From the NCBI RefSeq assembly GCF_021869535.1, contig NW_026262581.1:15872001-15936000 (forward strand): a DNA stretch of 64,000 nt, written 5' to 3'. The notes below the pieces were generated by a model, which was not told the DNA's origin, made no database searches, and saw only the letters and a list, made by a program, of their open reading frames with translations. This document shows, in pieces, positions 25,901-37,199 of this stretch. Source of the stretch: Mytilus californianus. Taxonomy: Eukaryota. Made by a program: the position numbers and the translations under genes. Within the stretch, counting starts at the first letter, position 1. Every line of letters starts with the position of its first letter.

Positions 25901-26979
25901 TTCATCAAGGTGCAAGCACCCATTACAGTTTGGCAAATTCTAAATTCCTTCAATCTTTAAGACACGATATGAATGAATTTAACAGAGGCCTTTTGGAGAT
26001 TTTGATACTTTATATTGATGCTCTTATAATATCAACTACTATCATGACTAGACTCAGGCAATAAATTTTTTATAACAACATTTTAAAAAGTTGAAGTCTT
26101 TTTGTACTTTCTTTAAATTACTAAATAAATTTATCTTTGTTTTAAGAAATCATTGTCAAAAGGTCTGTTATAAGATCATTTTTAGTTACATAGTGTGCTA
26201 GTGACCTAGTACGATATATATGGGGTCAGTAAATTCCATATTAGGGTGAGAGCGAATTTATCTTGTCAACTATCTTGACATGTGGTATTTAGACTATAAA
26301 GTAGTGGCCTATCAAAGTGATTAAGTCTTCAATACTTAGTATTAAGAACCTACTTTCATTGGTCTATACAAAAACAAATGCCAACAATAACAACTTGTTA
26401 GCTTTAAATGTGTTTTATGAATTTATTTCAATCGTTCATCATCAATTTCTTCATCTGTTGAAATCTTTCAGATTTTTCTTCAGCCTACTAACCCCATATG
26501 AAATAATACACTGTCTCCACACAGTTGCTTTTAACCAATCATATTTTTAATATTTTGTGTTAAGAAAAGAATGCATGGAACTTTAAGTACTATTTTGTTG
26601 GGTTTTTTTTATAGATCAGAAGATAGATATGACTGCACCAGTAACAACAAAAATTCTTCCTGGAGCTGGTCCAAATTGTGAAAATACTTTTACCACTTCA
26701 TTCTATATTCCAAATGAACACCAAGACAATCCACCAAAACCTACAAACCCAGATGTTTTCTTAGAAGATAGACCAGCAATGGATGTATATGTGAAATCAT
26801 TTGGAGGTTTTGCCAAGGAGCAGGACTGGCTCTCTGAAGCACAAAAATTAACTGAACAAATCAAGGAAAAAAATACAATTAACCAAGGCTATTGGTTTAC
26901 AGCTGGGTATAATAGTCCATTTCAGTTGCTTGGAAGGACTAATGAAGTCTGGTTAGTCAAAAATATGGTTAAGGAATGA
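22867..26979 (+). CDS. HEBP2: Heme-binding protein 2 (SOUL)-like, no signal peptide (HEBP-b), 196 aa, 3 coding exons
   Basis: Exons 22867-22962 (96 nt), 23726-23855 (130) and 26615-26979 (365) sum to 591 nt; GT-AG, phases 0,1. Motifs EERHYEAAKWVST, GFNRLFKYITGTN, KIDMTAPV, PPKPTNPDVFLEDRP, YVKSFGGF, WFTAGYNSPF, NEVWLVK closely parallel vertebrate HEBP2. Confidence 0.94.
23726..23855 (+). CDS. HEBP2: HEBP-b coding exon 2
   Basis: tttag|GGTATAGAG ... GAAAAAA|GTAAGT; 130 nt, same size and phases as HEBP-a exon 2. Confidence 0.93.
23909..24333 (+). mobile_element. HINE/pearl-like element (short copy) in HEBP-b intron 2
   Basis: TTATGCCCC start, GGGGGAATTAAG, (GTAC/GTCT)n microsatellite, about 160-bp monomers (TTTGCCTCAACCAAATGTTATGAAAC), 3' GCGGGGGCATC and hairpin TGTGTCC-CAT-GGACACA (24310-24326). 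Confidence 0.8.
24334..25518 (+). mobile_element. HINE/pearl-like element (long copy), head-to-tail with the previous one
   Basis: Same termini, microsatellite and monomers; about 6-7 monomers; ends GCAAGCGGGGGCATCATCTGTGTCC..GGACAC. Confidence 0.8.
26615..26979 (+). CDS. HEBP2: HEBP-b coding exon 3 (terminal)
   Basis: tttttatag|ATCAGAAGATAGATATG; contains ORF 26629..26979 and is uninterrupted to TGA. AATAAA at 26993-26998. Confidence 0.94.
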
Positions 26980-27201
26980 AGATGTTGAATACAATAAATT
27001 ATGAATTTAGTACATTTGTTTACAAATAATGCTGTTAAATATCAAGTACAATGTATAAACTAACAGAGGCAATAATGTCAATACATGTATGGAGTTTAAC
27101 AAACTATATGTTTAAGATAATTGATTTTAGTAAAAACAAAAAGATAAAGGGCAATCATCAATTAGACAGCTATCTAACATCAGATATTGATCAAAACAGA
27201 C

Positions 27202-27430
27202 TTTTATAAGGTCATCACAGGATCTTCCAATGATTTTATATAGGTCACAGCAAGATCTTCCAATGATTTTATATAGGTCACTGCATGTTCTTCCAATGAT
27301 TTTATATAGGTCACCGCATGATCTTCCAATGATTTTATATAGGTCACTGCATGATCTTCCAAGGATTTTATATAGGTCACTGCATGATCTTCCAATGATT
27401 TTATATAGGTCACTGCATGATCTTCCCATG
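27202..27430. repeat. 33-bp minisatellite, about 7 copies
   Basis: GATCTTCCAATGATTTTATATAGGTCACTGCAT; GATCTTCC core at 27221, 27254, 27287, 27320, 27353, 27386 and 27419. Confidence 0.96.
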
Positions 27431-27547
27431 AATGGCATTTACTTTTACCACATCATATTGGCAAGCTTTGATAAACCTGGAGTCTGCACACCAACTTCAA
27501 CATAACAAGAACAGTAAAAATACAACTACTGATTAGATTTCTGACTT

Positions 27548-28038
27548 CAGACATACATAGAATCATGTTGTTCAGACATACATAGAATCATGTTGTTCAG
27601 ACATACATAGAATCATGTTGTTCAGAAATACATAGAATCATATTGTTCAGACATACATAGAATCATGTTGTTCAGAAATACATAGAATCATGTTGTTCAG
27701 ACATACATAGAATCATGTTGTTCAGACATACATAGAATCATGTTGTTCAGACATACATAGAATCATGTTGTTGAGACATACGTAGAATCATGTTGTTCAG
27801 ACATACATAGAATCATGTTGTTCAGACATAAATAGAATCATGTTGTTCAGACATACATAGAATCATGTTGTTCAGACATACATAGAATCATGTTGTTCAG
27901 ACATACATAGAATCATGTTGTTGAGACATACATAGAATCATGTTGTTGAGACATACATAGAATCATGTTGTTCAGACATACATAGAATCATGTTGTTCAG
28001 ACATACATAGAATCATGTTGTTCAGACATACATAGAAT
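27548..28038. repeat. 25-bp minisatellite, about 19.6 copies
   Basis: CAGACATACATAGAATCATGTTGTT with a 25-bp period from 27548 to 28023 and few substitutions. Confidence 0.97.
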
Positions 28039-28473
28039 GTTGCTGCATCTTACTTTCATAAGTACTCAGCCTTCACATTGTATTATCACATTCGATCATA
28101 TAAAAAACATTCAAAGGAATAAATACTAGACCATAGTATCAGTATGTATTACAAAAGACAAAACAAACACAATTAAATTCACAAAACTATTAAATTATGT
28201 ATCAAAGGAATTCTTGCAAATACTTAAATTAGCTCCTTATACTGGTATTTGTTGATACATAATCTTTCCTACCTACAACGTCAACGGGTGCACTTTTAAA
28301 GCATGAAAAGAAAAAGTCTTTGTCAGTAGTATAGTGTATTTATAACTTCTTTAGAAGAAGTCAATATATACGGGTTGAAAAGAACAAAATATTACAAATC
28401 TTATCCATTTTTAATAATGGATATATTGATTCACTTATAGGGTCTTTGCATCTGCACTAAACACATTTATTTA

Positions 28474-29100
28474 AAAACCAGTTGTTGGCATGACACGGGT
28501 TATGTTCTTCTCATATATGTTATGATGGTATGATACTAAACCCCTAACGGGAAGGATTGTGCCTGATATTCATATGATGAAGACATAATCTTTCAATCAG
28601 TTTAATTGAAGTCTGGAGCTGGCATGTCAGTTAACTGCTAGTAGTCTGTTGTTATTTATGTATTATTGTCATTTTGTTTATTTTCTTTGGTTACATCTTC
28701 TGACATCAGACTCGGACTTCTCTTGAACTGAATTTTAATGTGCGTATTGTTATGCGTTTACTTTTCTACATTGGCTAGAGGTATAGGGGGAGGGTTGAGA
28801 TCTCATAAACATGTTTAACCCCGCCGCATTTTTGCGCCTGTCCCAAGTCAGGAGCCTCTAGCCTTTGTTAGTCTTGTATTATTTTTAATTTTAGTTTCTT
28901 GTGTACAATTTGGAGTTTAGTATGGCGTTCATTATCACTGAACTAGTATATATATTTGTTTAGGGGCCAGCTGAAGGACGCCTCCGGGTGCGGGAATTTC
29001 TCGCTGCATTGAAGACCTGTTGGTGGCCTTCTGCTGTTGTCTGTTCTGTGGTCGGGTTGTTGTCTCTTTGACACATTCCCCATTTCCATTCTCAATTTTA
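28474..29100 (+). mobile_element. About 630-bp interspersed repeat (copy 1)
   Basis: Highly similar over its full length to 59767-60396 (AAAACCAGTTGTTGGCATGACACGGG ... CCCCATTTCCATTCTCAATTTTA). Family not assignable by eye. Confidence 0.88.
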
Positions 29101-29431
29101 TATGCAATCATATAAACTGTATCCTTATTGTAACAAGTCTGCAATTGTTAAGCAGCCATTGTTTAAAATATGTTCTTAATTATTTTTATCACCAAGTTTC
29201 ATTGTAGTTTTCGATTATAGGTCAAAGGTTGATTGTATAATTTGCTGTTGTTTAATATAATAATGTTCAATGTACGTGCCTTATTGATAGATATAAAAGG
29301 AAATTCAAAATATCTACGCAATAAACATAGTGTTCAATAAATGACATTTCTTCTTTGGCTTATGCAAATTCAGTATGGTATCAGTGGCAGCAACCACCAT
29401 ACATGATGCTGCCTTTACAGAGAAAACAGTT

Positions 29432-31632
29432 TTTATACGACCGCAAAAAAATTTTTGTGGTCGTATATTGGTATGACGTTGGCGTCGTCGTCGTCGTCGT
29501 CGTCCGGCGTCGTCCGAAGACACATTGGTTTTCGCACTCTAACTTTAGATTAAGTGAATGGATCTTTATGAAATTTTACCACAAGGTTCAATACCACAAA
29601 AGGAAGGTTGGGATTGATTTTGGGGGTTATGGTAATAACAGTAAAGGAATTAGGGGCCAAAAATAAGCATTTTTGTAACTTCCAGACATAACTTGTGTGT
29701 TAGTGTATGGATCTCTCTGACATTGTACCACAAGGTTCCATATCACTAAAGGAATGCTGGGATTGATTTTGGGGGTAATTGCCTCCAAATTTTAGGAATT
29801 AGGGGCCAAAAAAGGGGCAAAAAACAAGCATTTTTCTAGTTTCATGACAATAACTTGTGTGTAAGTGTATGGATCTTTCTGAAATTGTACTACAAGGTTC
29901 CATATCACAAAGGGAAAGCTGGGTTTGAGTTTGGGGGTAATTGCCCTAAACGTTTAGGAATTTGGGGCCAAAAAGGGGCCAAAAAACACATTTTTTTCTA
30001 GTTTCCAGACAATAACTTGTGTTCAAGTGTATGGATCTCTCTGAAATTATACTGCAAGGTACCATACCACAAAGGGAAGGCTGGGATTGAGTTTGGGGGT
30101 GATGAATCATAATGGGGGTTCAAAAAATTTTGGGGGGGGATTTATTTTTTTTTCCTTTTTTTCTTTTTTTCCTTTTTTGTTTCTTTTAAAATTTTCCATT
30201 TTAAGTTGGTTATTTCTGATTTATATTTAAAATCAAATAATAATGATATGGTAGGAGATACACACCAAACAGGATGTGTAAATTATTATATAATAAGTAT
30301 TGTGCAATAGCAAGAAATTTTCAATTGCACAGTATTGCACAATAGCAAGAAATCTTCAATTGCACAGTATTGCGCAATAGCAAGAAATCTTCAATTGCAC
30401 AGTATTGCGCAATAGCAAGAAATATCCAATAGCACAATATTGCGCAATAGCAAGAAATTGTCAATTGTACAGTATTGCGCAATAGCAAGAAATATTTAAT
30501 AGCACAGGATTGTGCAAAAGAAGATACTTCCTATAAATTGCTTATTTCTTGACCAATTTCAATGGGGTTTTATTCTTGATTTCATGGGGTTCTTTAATAT
30601 GCTGAATCTAACCGTGTATTTAGTTTTTGGATTTTGGGCCCCGTTTTTAAATTGGTCCACATTGAGGTCCAAAGGGTCCAAAATTAAACTTTGTTTGATT
30701 TCATCAAAAATTGAATTATTGGGGTTCTTTGATATGCCGAATCTAACTGTGTATTTAGATTCTTAAATTTTGGTTCTGTTTTCAAATTGGTCTACATTAA
30801 GGTCCAAAGGGTCCAAAATTACACTTAGTTTGATTTTAACAAAAATTGAATTCTTAGGGTTCTTTGATATGCTGAATCTAAACATGTATTTAGATTTTTG
30901 ATTATGGGCCCAGTTTTCAAGTTGGTCCAAAACGGGGTCCAAAATTAAACTTTGTTTGATTTCAACAAAAATTGAATATATGGGGTTCTTTGATATGCTG
31001 AATCTAACCATGTATTTAGATTTTTGATTTTTGGGCCCCGTTATCAACTTTGTCCACATTGAGGTCAAAAGGGTCCAAAATTAAACTTTGTTTGATTTCA
31101 TCAAAAATTGAATTATTGGGGTTCTTTGATATGCCGAATCTAACCGTGTATTTAGATTCTTAATTTTTGGTTCCGTTTTCAAATTGGTCTACATTAAGGT
31201 CCAAAGGGTCCAAAATTAAACTTAGTTTGATTTTAACAAAAATTGAATTCTTAGGGTTCTTTGATATGCTGAATCTAAACATGTATTTAGATTTTTGATT
31301 ATGGGCCCAGTTTTCAAGTTGGTCCAAATCGGGGTCCAAAATTAAACTTTGTTTGATTTCAACAAAAATTGAATTCTTGGGGTTCTTTGATATGCTGAAT
31401 CTAACCATGTATTTAGATTTTGGATATTGGACCATAATAGGTGAATCTTTTTATTTAAAATTTTTAAGTTCTTAGACCACATTCAATCTGTGTTAGAAAC
31501 CTATGCTGTGTCAAATATTTAATCACAATCCAAATCCAAAGCTGTATCAAGCTTGAATGTTGTGTCCATACTTCCCCCAACTGTTCAGGGTTCGACCTCT
31601 GCGGTCGTATCAAGCTGCGCCCTGCGGAGCAT
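29432..31632 (+). mobile_element. Large composite HINE-like element with three different internal tandem arrays
   Basis: TTATACGACCGC (29433-44), inverse GTGGTCGTATA (29457-67), (GTC)n; about 160-bp array 29520-30110; 35-bp array 30297-30520; 135/126/136-bp array 30560-31440; 3' GCGGTCGTAT (31601-10) and GC-rich hairpin-like end. Confidence 0.78.
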
Positions 31633-34412
31633 TTTATTTTAATTAATATTAATCTTGTTTATAAACTGAGAATTGAAGTAGATTGCTTTAAATTTTTAAC
31701 TAATGGTACTAAAAAACAACTCTGAACAACATTTGTGGGAGATGCCTTAAAGTATGTCACAAAGCACATTTTGGTATATTTTTTGGTTGATTCAATATAA
31801 ATTGAACTTTTCATACAAGGGTTAATTTATTATTTGAAACAAAAATTGAAAAATACTTAATCTTATTTTTTAGTAGACCATTGTATACAGATGGCTTTAA
31901 CTTTTTTAAAGGTTTTCTTTTGTTCTGATCAATAAGACAAAATTTCAAAGAAAACTTACATACAAAATAACAAGGGAGATAACCATAGTTTTTCAAGTTT
32001 TTTATTTATTGAAGGCCAATACAACATTTAAATTTTCTGAATGTGATCCTTATAGAATGATGATCTTCTGAGAGCCCTAGACCTACCAAAAACTCATGGA
32101 TGTTTGCTTTTTGTTATTTTGTAAACATAGGTGTCAACTATTCAGATACCAGACAACATGTCAGAGAGAACCTTGTGATTTCGGACTCTTTGGCCATTAT
32201 TTAATCATCTGAATTTGATGTTGTGTAAAAGTGACAACTTAATGTTAAAACAAGCTTTGTTTTAAACAATTCAAAGTTTAAAAAAAAATCTTCCTGTATG
32301 GTAAGTGTCTTGCTCATTGTTGAAGGCCATACTTTGACCTGTAATTGTTCACATCTTTGTCATTTGGTCTTTATCATGTTTATGGATATTCGTCTTGATT
32401 ACAATCATAGCAAATCTCTTTTTTTTTCTGAAGTGTTTTAATTAATTAAATAATTGTTGAATAAAGATTGTATGAACAAAAATAATTTGACAGCAAAAAG
32501 TCAAATTAAATATCATTAAAAATAACATGCACATAAAAAATCCCAAGAAATCTCACACTTTGTAAATCTAAATAGTTGACACCTTTGTTTGTAATTACTA
32601 TAACTCAGTATGTTTTCAATTGGTAAACTATCATTACAGAACCATATACATTGTCATAACATTGATATAGCTATTACATGTTATTTTGGGCATTATCGGC
32701 TGATTATATATTTTTATTTTTATGTTTTATATTCGTTTACATGATCAATAAAGAAATAGAAAAGTATTATTTGTTGTACTTGAATATATTCTTTTCATAC
32801 AAACACTCATTTCATTCCTTTTATGGTATGGAGTGGTTGATGCAATTATCTTATTGCATGTTTTTTTCTCAATAATATTTCCTGTCTGACAGTACAATAT
32901 GAAATCAAACACAAGTTAGTACTATAGGGATGGAAGTATCAGTTCTGCTCATACTGGTTTCTGAAAAAGTCCAGTACGAGTTATTGCAATCAATATAAAA
33001 ACAAGAAGATGTGGTATAATTGCCAATGAAACAACTCTCCACCAGAGACCAGTAAAAGAAATAGAACATTATTATAATGGAATATGTAGAAAGCTCTCTC
33101 ACAATGTCTGCTATCTATTCACTTAAATTTTGACCTCTAAATTGATTTAGTTAATTGAAAATAATCTCTACCATAGTTATCCCTAGGGTAAAACGGATAA
33201 AACACCAATTTTAATTAGCCTTTGGGAGAAAAGGTGTTGCAATTAATCTATTCAATGTCACCTTTCAGAATTGTGTTGTTTGTTGAATGACATGCCCTAT
33301 AACAAATAACACTGCTATTACTAGCAGTAAAACACAAATTAAAGATTCCAAGGAGCCTGTATGAATCATATGGCAAAATTTTGCTCCAATCAAAGTCGAA
33401 GTAATGTAAAACTATGCTCAGTGGAAGACTGCATCAATGGACAAAATTGGAATCTGGCCTTGCATTCTGAAAGAGGACCATATAGATATCTTTATTCCCC
33501 TAAATATGGTCCTCATAAAAATTAAGAAGTGAGGGCACAGTTTCATTGCATTGCCAGCTGTCATTTTACAAAAAAAGTAAATAATATGAAAAGAAGGTCC
33601 ACAGGGAAAAATGGATTTTTATTGATAACCACTCCTCATAAATAATATGATCTTTTAAACTATTGTTAAGAAAAAGTAATTTTAGCTGATCTGCCTTTAT
33701 AAGATTTTCTTATTACTTATTTTTGTATTTGTCAGCGTATCACTATTTACTTATTATCACACCTTTTAACACGAGGAAAAATTGAAAGAGTTTTTGTAAC
33801 ACTATATATGTATGTCCCCTTACTTCAACAGTGGTTGACAGGGATTGTTTGAGAACCTTGAATGACGCAAAATTCTATGGATGAAATTATTTTTAAGCAG
33901 TCAACATTGCAGAACCATGAGAAATAAGGTCAAACACAACAGACGTATACCAGACAGAAATTTCAGTATTTACGGCATCAACATATAAAATATTGAGTAT
34001 CCAGGTGTTTTACCTTCTAAAATATGAAGCAGTATACAAATAGTTAAAACAGTCGCTGCCTTAGCATTCCTATGTCTTGTCTGCGACATTTGTCACAGGA
34101 ACAACAAAAACGTCAACTGGTTATTAAGTGCAATGGATTTTTTTCATTTGTGGAAAAAAATATTTTCTTATATACTGTACTTGATTTCAAGGTTTCAACA
34201 AATTATGCATAAAACAGATGTATACTTGTACTTGTGGTAAACCCTTACCAACAAAATTGATGAAAATTAGTGCACAGAGGTGACTTAGTTGAACTAAGTT
34301 TTTACCTTGTCTCTCACAGTACAGTTTTCTACCTTGTATGCAACACATCTTTCTAGAACTAGTGAATTCACACACCAAATTTTATTACCAAACTCCAAGG
34401 GATTTAAAAGTA

Positions 34413-34620
34413 CTGTGGATTCATTTATTTTCGTGGGTACCAATTTTCATGGATTAAGGAAAACTTACATGTTCATGGATATTTAATTTCGTGGTTTTGC
34501 CGAAGTCTGCACACAAGCCTATAAGACATTTGCTATTCGTTGAACATTTAATTTCGTGGTTCGCCTGTACCCACGAAATCCACAAAAATTGTTATCCAAC
34601 GAATAATAATGAATCCACAG
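34413..34620. mobile_element. TA-flanked MITE, 208 bp
   Basis: TIR CTGTGGATTCATT / AATGAATCCACAG with TA flanks; sits in a degenerate repeat tract (about 34230-35300). Confidence 0.8.
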
Positions 34621-34876
34621 TAACAGAGCCAAAATTATTTTTTGTACATATGCACAGGGATGACTAAGTTGAAATAAGTTTCTGACCATGACTTTTACAA
34701 TACTGTTTTCTTCCTTGTATGCAACACACCTTTTGGAATTTGTGAATAATCATGCCAATTTTAATTTACCAACTCCCAGGGGTTTGAAAGTTTTGAAACC
34801 TTTTTGTCATCTATGCACATGGGTGACTATGTTGAATAAGATTTTTTGTCCATCACTTTAACTGTAGGGTTTTCAT

Positions 34877-35039
34877 TTAAGAATTGAATGCTTCTTTTTG
34901 TAAATTTATTGGGTTGTAAAAGCGTTGACCGAAGAACATTTTGTATGAAGCGTGGAAGCGCTGTATTCTAAAAATGTGCGCACGGTCAATGTTTTTACAA
35001 CCCTATAAAATTACTAAAAGAAGCATTCAATACTTTTAA
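34877..35039. mobile_element. Fold-back/MITE-like element with about 55-bp imperfect arms
   Basis: ATTGAATGCTTCTTTTTGTAAATTTATTGGGTTGTAAAAGCGTTGACCG versus CGGTCAATGTTTTTACAACCCTATAAAATTACTAAAAGAAGCATTCAAT. Confidence 0.65.
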
Positions 35040-36601
35040 TTCAGTTTGTTTTTTGCTAGGATCATGAAAACACGATTTCTATCTATTTATTTACCTGTGC
35101 ACTTTATTGTGGAAGCTCGTGTCAATGTAACATTTCATTTTGAAATGAAGGTTAATTTCAGAATGACGCGAGATTGCTGTTAGCCAATCAAAATAAAGTA
35201 TTATAATGAAATATACATGTAATATAATTATATTTGTATGTAACACACTTTCTAGTAGTGATGAATGCTAAGTTTCATTACCCAACTCCAAGGAGTTAAA
35301 GAGTGGAAACAATTTATGACATAGGAACCTACACATGGACACAGTTTTTGTCAGTAAAGATTAAAACAAAATTTGTTTTTCTTCAAAAGAAACCTATTGT
35401 ATATTTTTGTTTTGATTGTTATGTCTCAAAACAGGGACTAATATAATAAATCTATGATGACCCAAGCCCCCTCTCCTAATCCCATCTTAACTATGCACCA
35501 TATAAAGTCAAAAGACCTCCTAAACCTTAAGGTTGCACTTCTGTAAATATAGACAATGCAATTTCCCATTTATGACTAAAACTGTCCCGCTTTTTCGTAA
35601 AAAATTATATCCTGAATGGAAAGTCCATATGCATTACTATTTTTTTCAAAGGTCAAAACATAGGGCTGTGTGGCATATTTTCAACATTTATGTGCCCCGA
35701 ACTTCTAAGAGTTTAAACTTGTATTGAAATTCTGTACTACCCCTCCCTCACTTTGGGTCTTCCTCAAAATTCAATTTCGCTGCTATCCATCTGTATTTAT
35801 ACTGGTAACACTCTGTTCTAAGTTATGTCTCTATGTGGTGAAACATAGAAATCATATTCGGAACCAGTAGGTATCTATCAATATTATATATCTCCCCAAA
35901 AGAGGCGTGGTTTGTGAAACAGCTGTATTTACAAAGTGCAACCTATAAGTCCTAAAGTCAGAGATATGAAGAAATATCTTGAGTAAATATTTCAATACTA
36001 GGAACATTTTTATTTGAGTTATATTTCTTATATACATTCAGGTGTGCTCCTACTTCTCTGAAGGTTCATACACAGTAGAAATGAATACAATCAATGGCAG
36101 CCGTTATGTTACTTTATTATCAAAAGTGAGGACAGGGAAAGACAAAATATGTCTGAATTTAACATTTTAAACAGAATTCAAGTAAAACAATGTTTTTTAA
36201 TAAGTTCATTACGGTTTTCGTCTTTCTGTCATTTGCGTTTTCATCATGAAAGTACGGTAAGCTTTGCAAATTGTTTGGTCATATGTCGAAATGACAAAGG
36301 CCGACTGACCGATGCTATTTGTATGAATTAATTTTGATAATCACTAATGACCCATCGGATAAGTGGATTACCTGTAACAACAAATTATGACACCTGTTGT
36401 GACTGGTCCTAAACTTAAGCACGGTCTATTTTTGAGGAGTGACGGACAACAAATTAAACATGGCACATGAAAATTAAAGGTGGCGGAGAGAAAGAATAGG
36501 TCATGGTAATCCCTACAAGATCTGATCACAATGTCAACTTTAGTAGAAACTATGGAAAATGTGAAATTAACCTGCAGCAGAACATGTTCACTTTCTGAAT
36601 A

Positions 36602-36792
36602 CTGTAAATTCAGAAATTATTGTATGCATTTAAAAATCGACAATAATGCGAGATTAATTATTGCGATTTCAGGAAAATCTGCATACAATACTATCTATAA
36701 TATATCAAAATGTGAGTTTTTGTTATTGCGATACTCACCCAGTCGCATTATTCGCATTAATAAAAACCTCGCAATAATTTCTGAATTTACAG
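36602..36792. mobile_element. TA-flanked MITE, 191 bp, just downstream of the CCNQ stop
   Basis: TIR CTGTAAATTCAGAAATTATTG / CAATAATTTCTGAATTTACAG; TA at 36600-01 and 36793-94. Confidence 0.85.
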
Positions 36793-36881
36793 TAAAGAGA
36801 ATGAAGGACAACATATATAACACTAAGTCCTTGTCACTTAATGAGGGCACAATAATATGAAATATGAAAGATGATATTTTA

Positions 36882-37199
36882 TTAGCTAGATGTCATTTCT
36901 AGATCATATGTATTTATCAACTCTTCGACAATTTGTTTGATTATTTCTAATGAAATGTCTTCAGCAAAAACTTTCCACCATGGTGTAACAGCTGTTTCCT
37001 CATATGGAACTTCTGCACCATGGCTTTCTAATGTCATATATAAAATGGCTACTGCAATATGCTGTGGTTTGTATTGTAAACACAGGGTACTATGGTAACT
37101 GTCTCTAAGCAATGCCCATGCAGTTCTTGCTAGCGGTAGTTCATCCCATTTGTAAGGTTCCATCCATTCTTTTATAAATGTCAGATAGTGAAGAAGATA
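36882..37199 (-). CDS. CCNQ: CCNQ coding exon 5 (terminal)
   Basis: ttttttgcag|TATCTTCTT; YLLHYL...YDLEMTSS*; lies inside ORF 36882..37220. Confidence 0.95.
   Translation of the reverse strand, partial: YLLHYLTFIKEWMEPYKWDELPLARTAWALLRDSYHSTLCLQYKPQHIAVAILYMTLESHGAEVPYEETAVTPWWKVFAEDISLEIIKQIVEELINTYDLEMTSS

Noticed and set aside
27127-27505. Three overlapping repetitive ORFs (including a Cys-rich one)
   Set aside because: By-products of the 33-bp minisatellite being open in several frames.
27548-28038. CRISPR-like regular repeats (also the 36-, 33- and 35-bp arrays)
   Set aside because: Units are contiguous with no unique spacers, there are no cas genes, and the context is eukaryotic.
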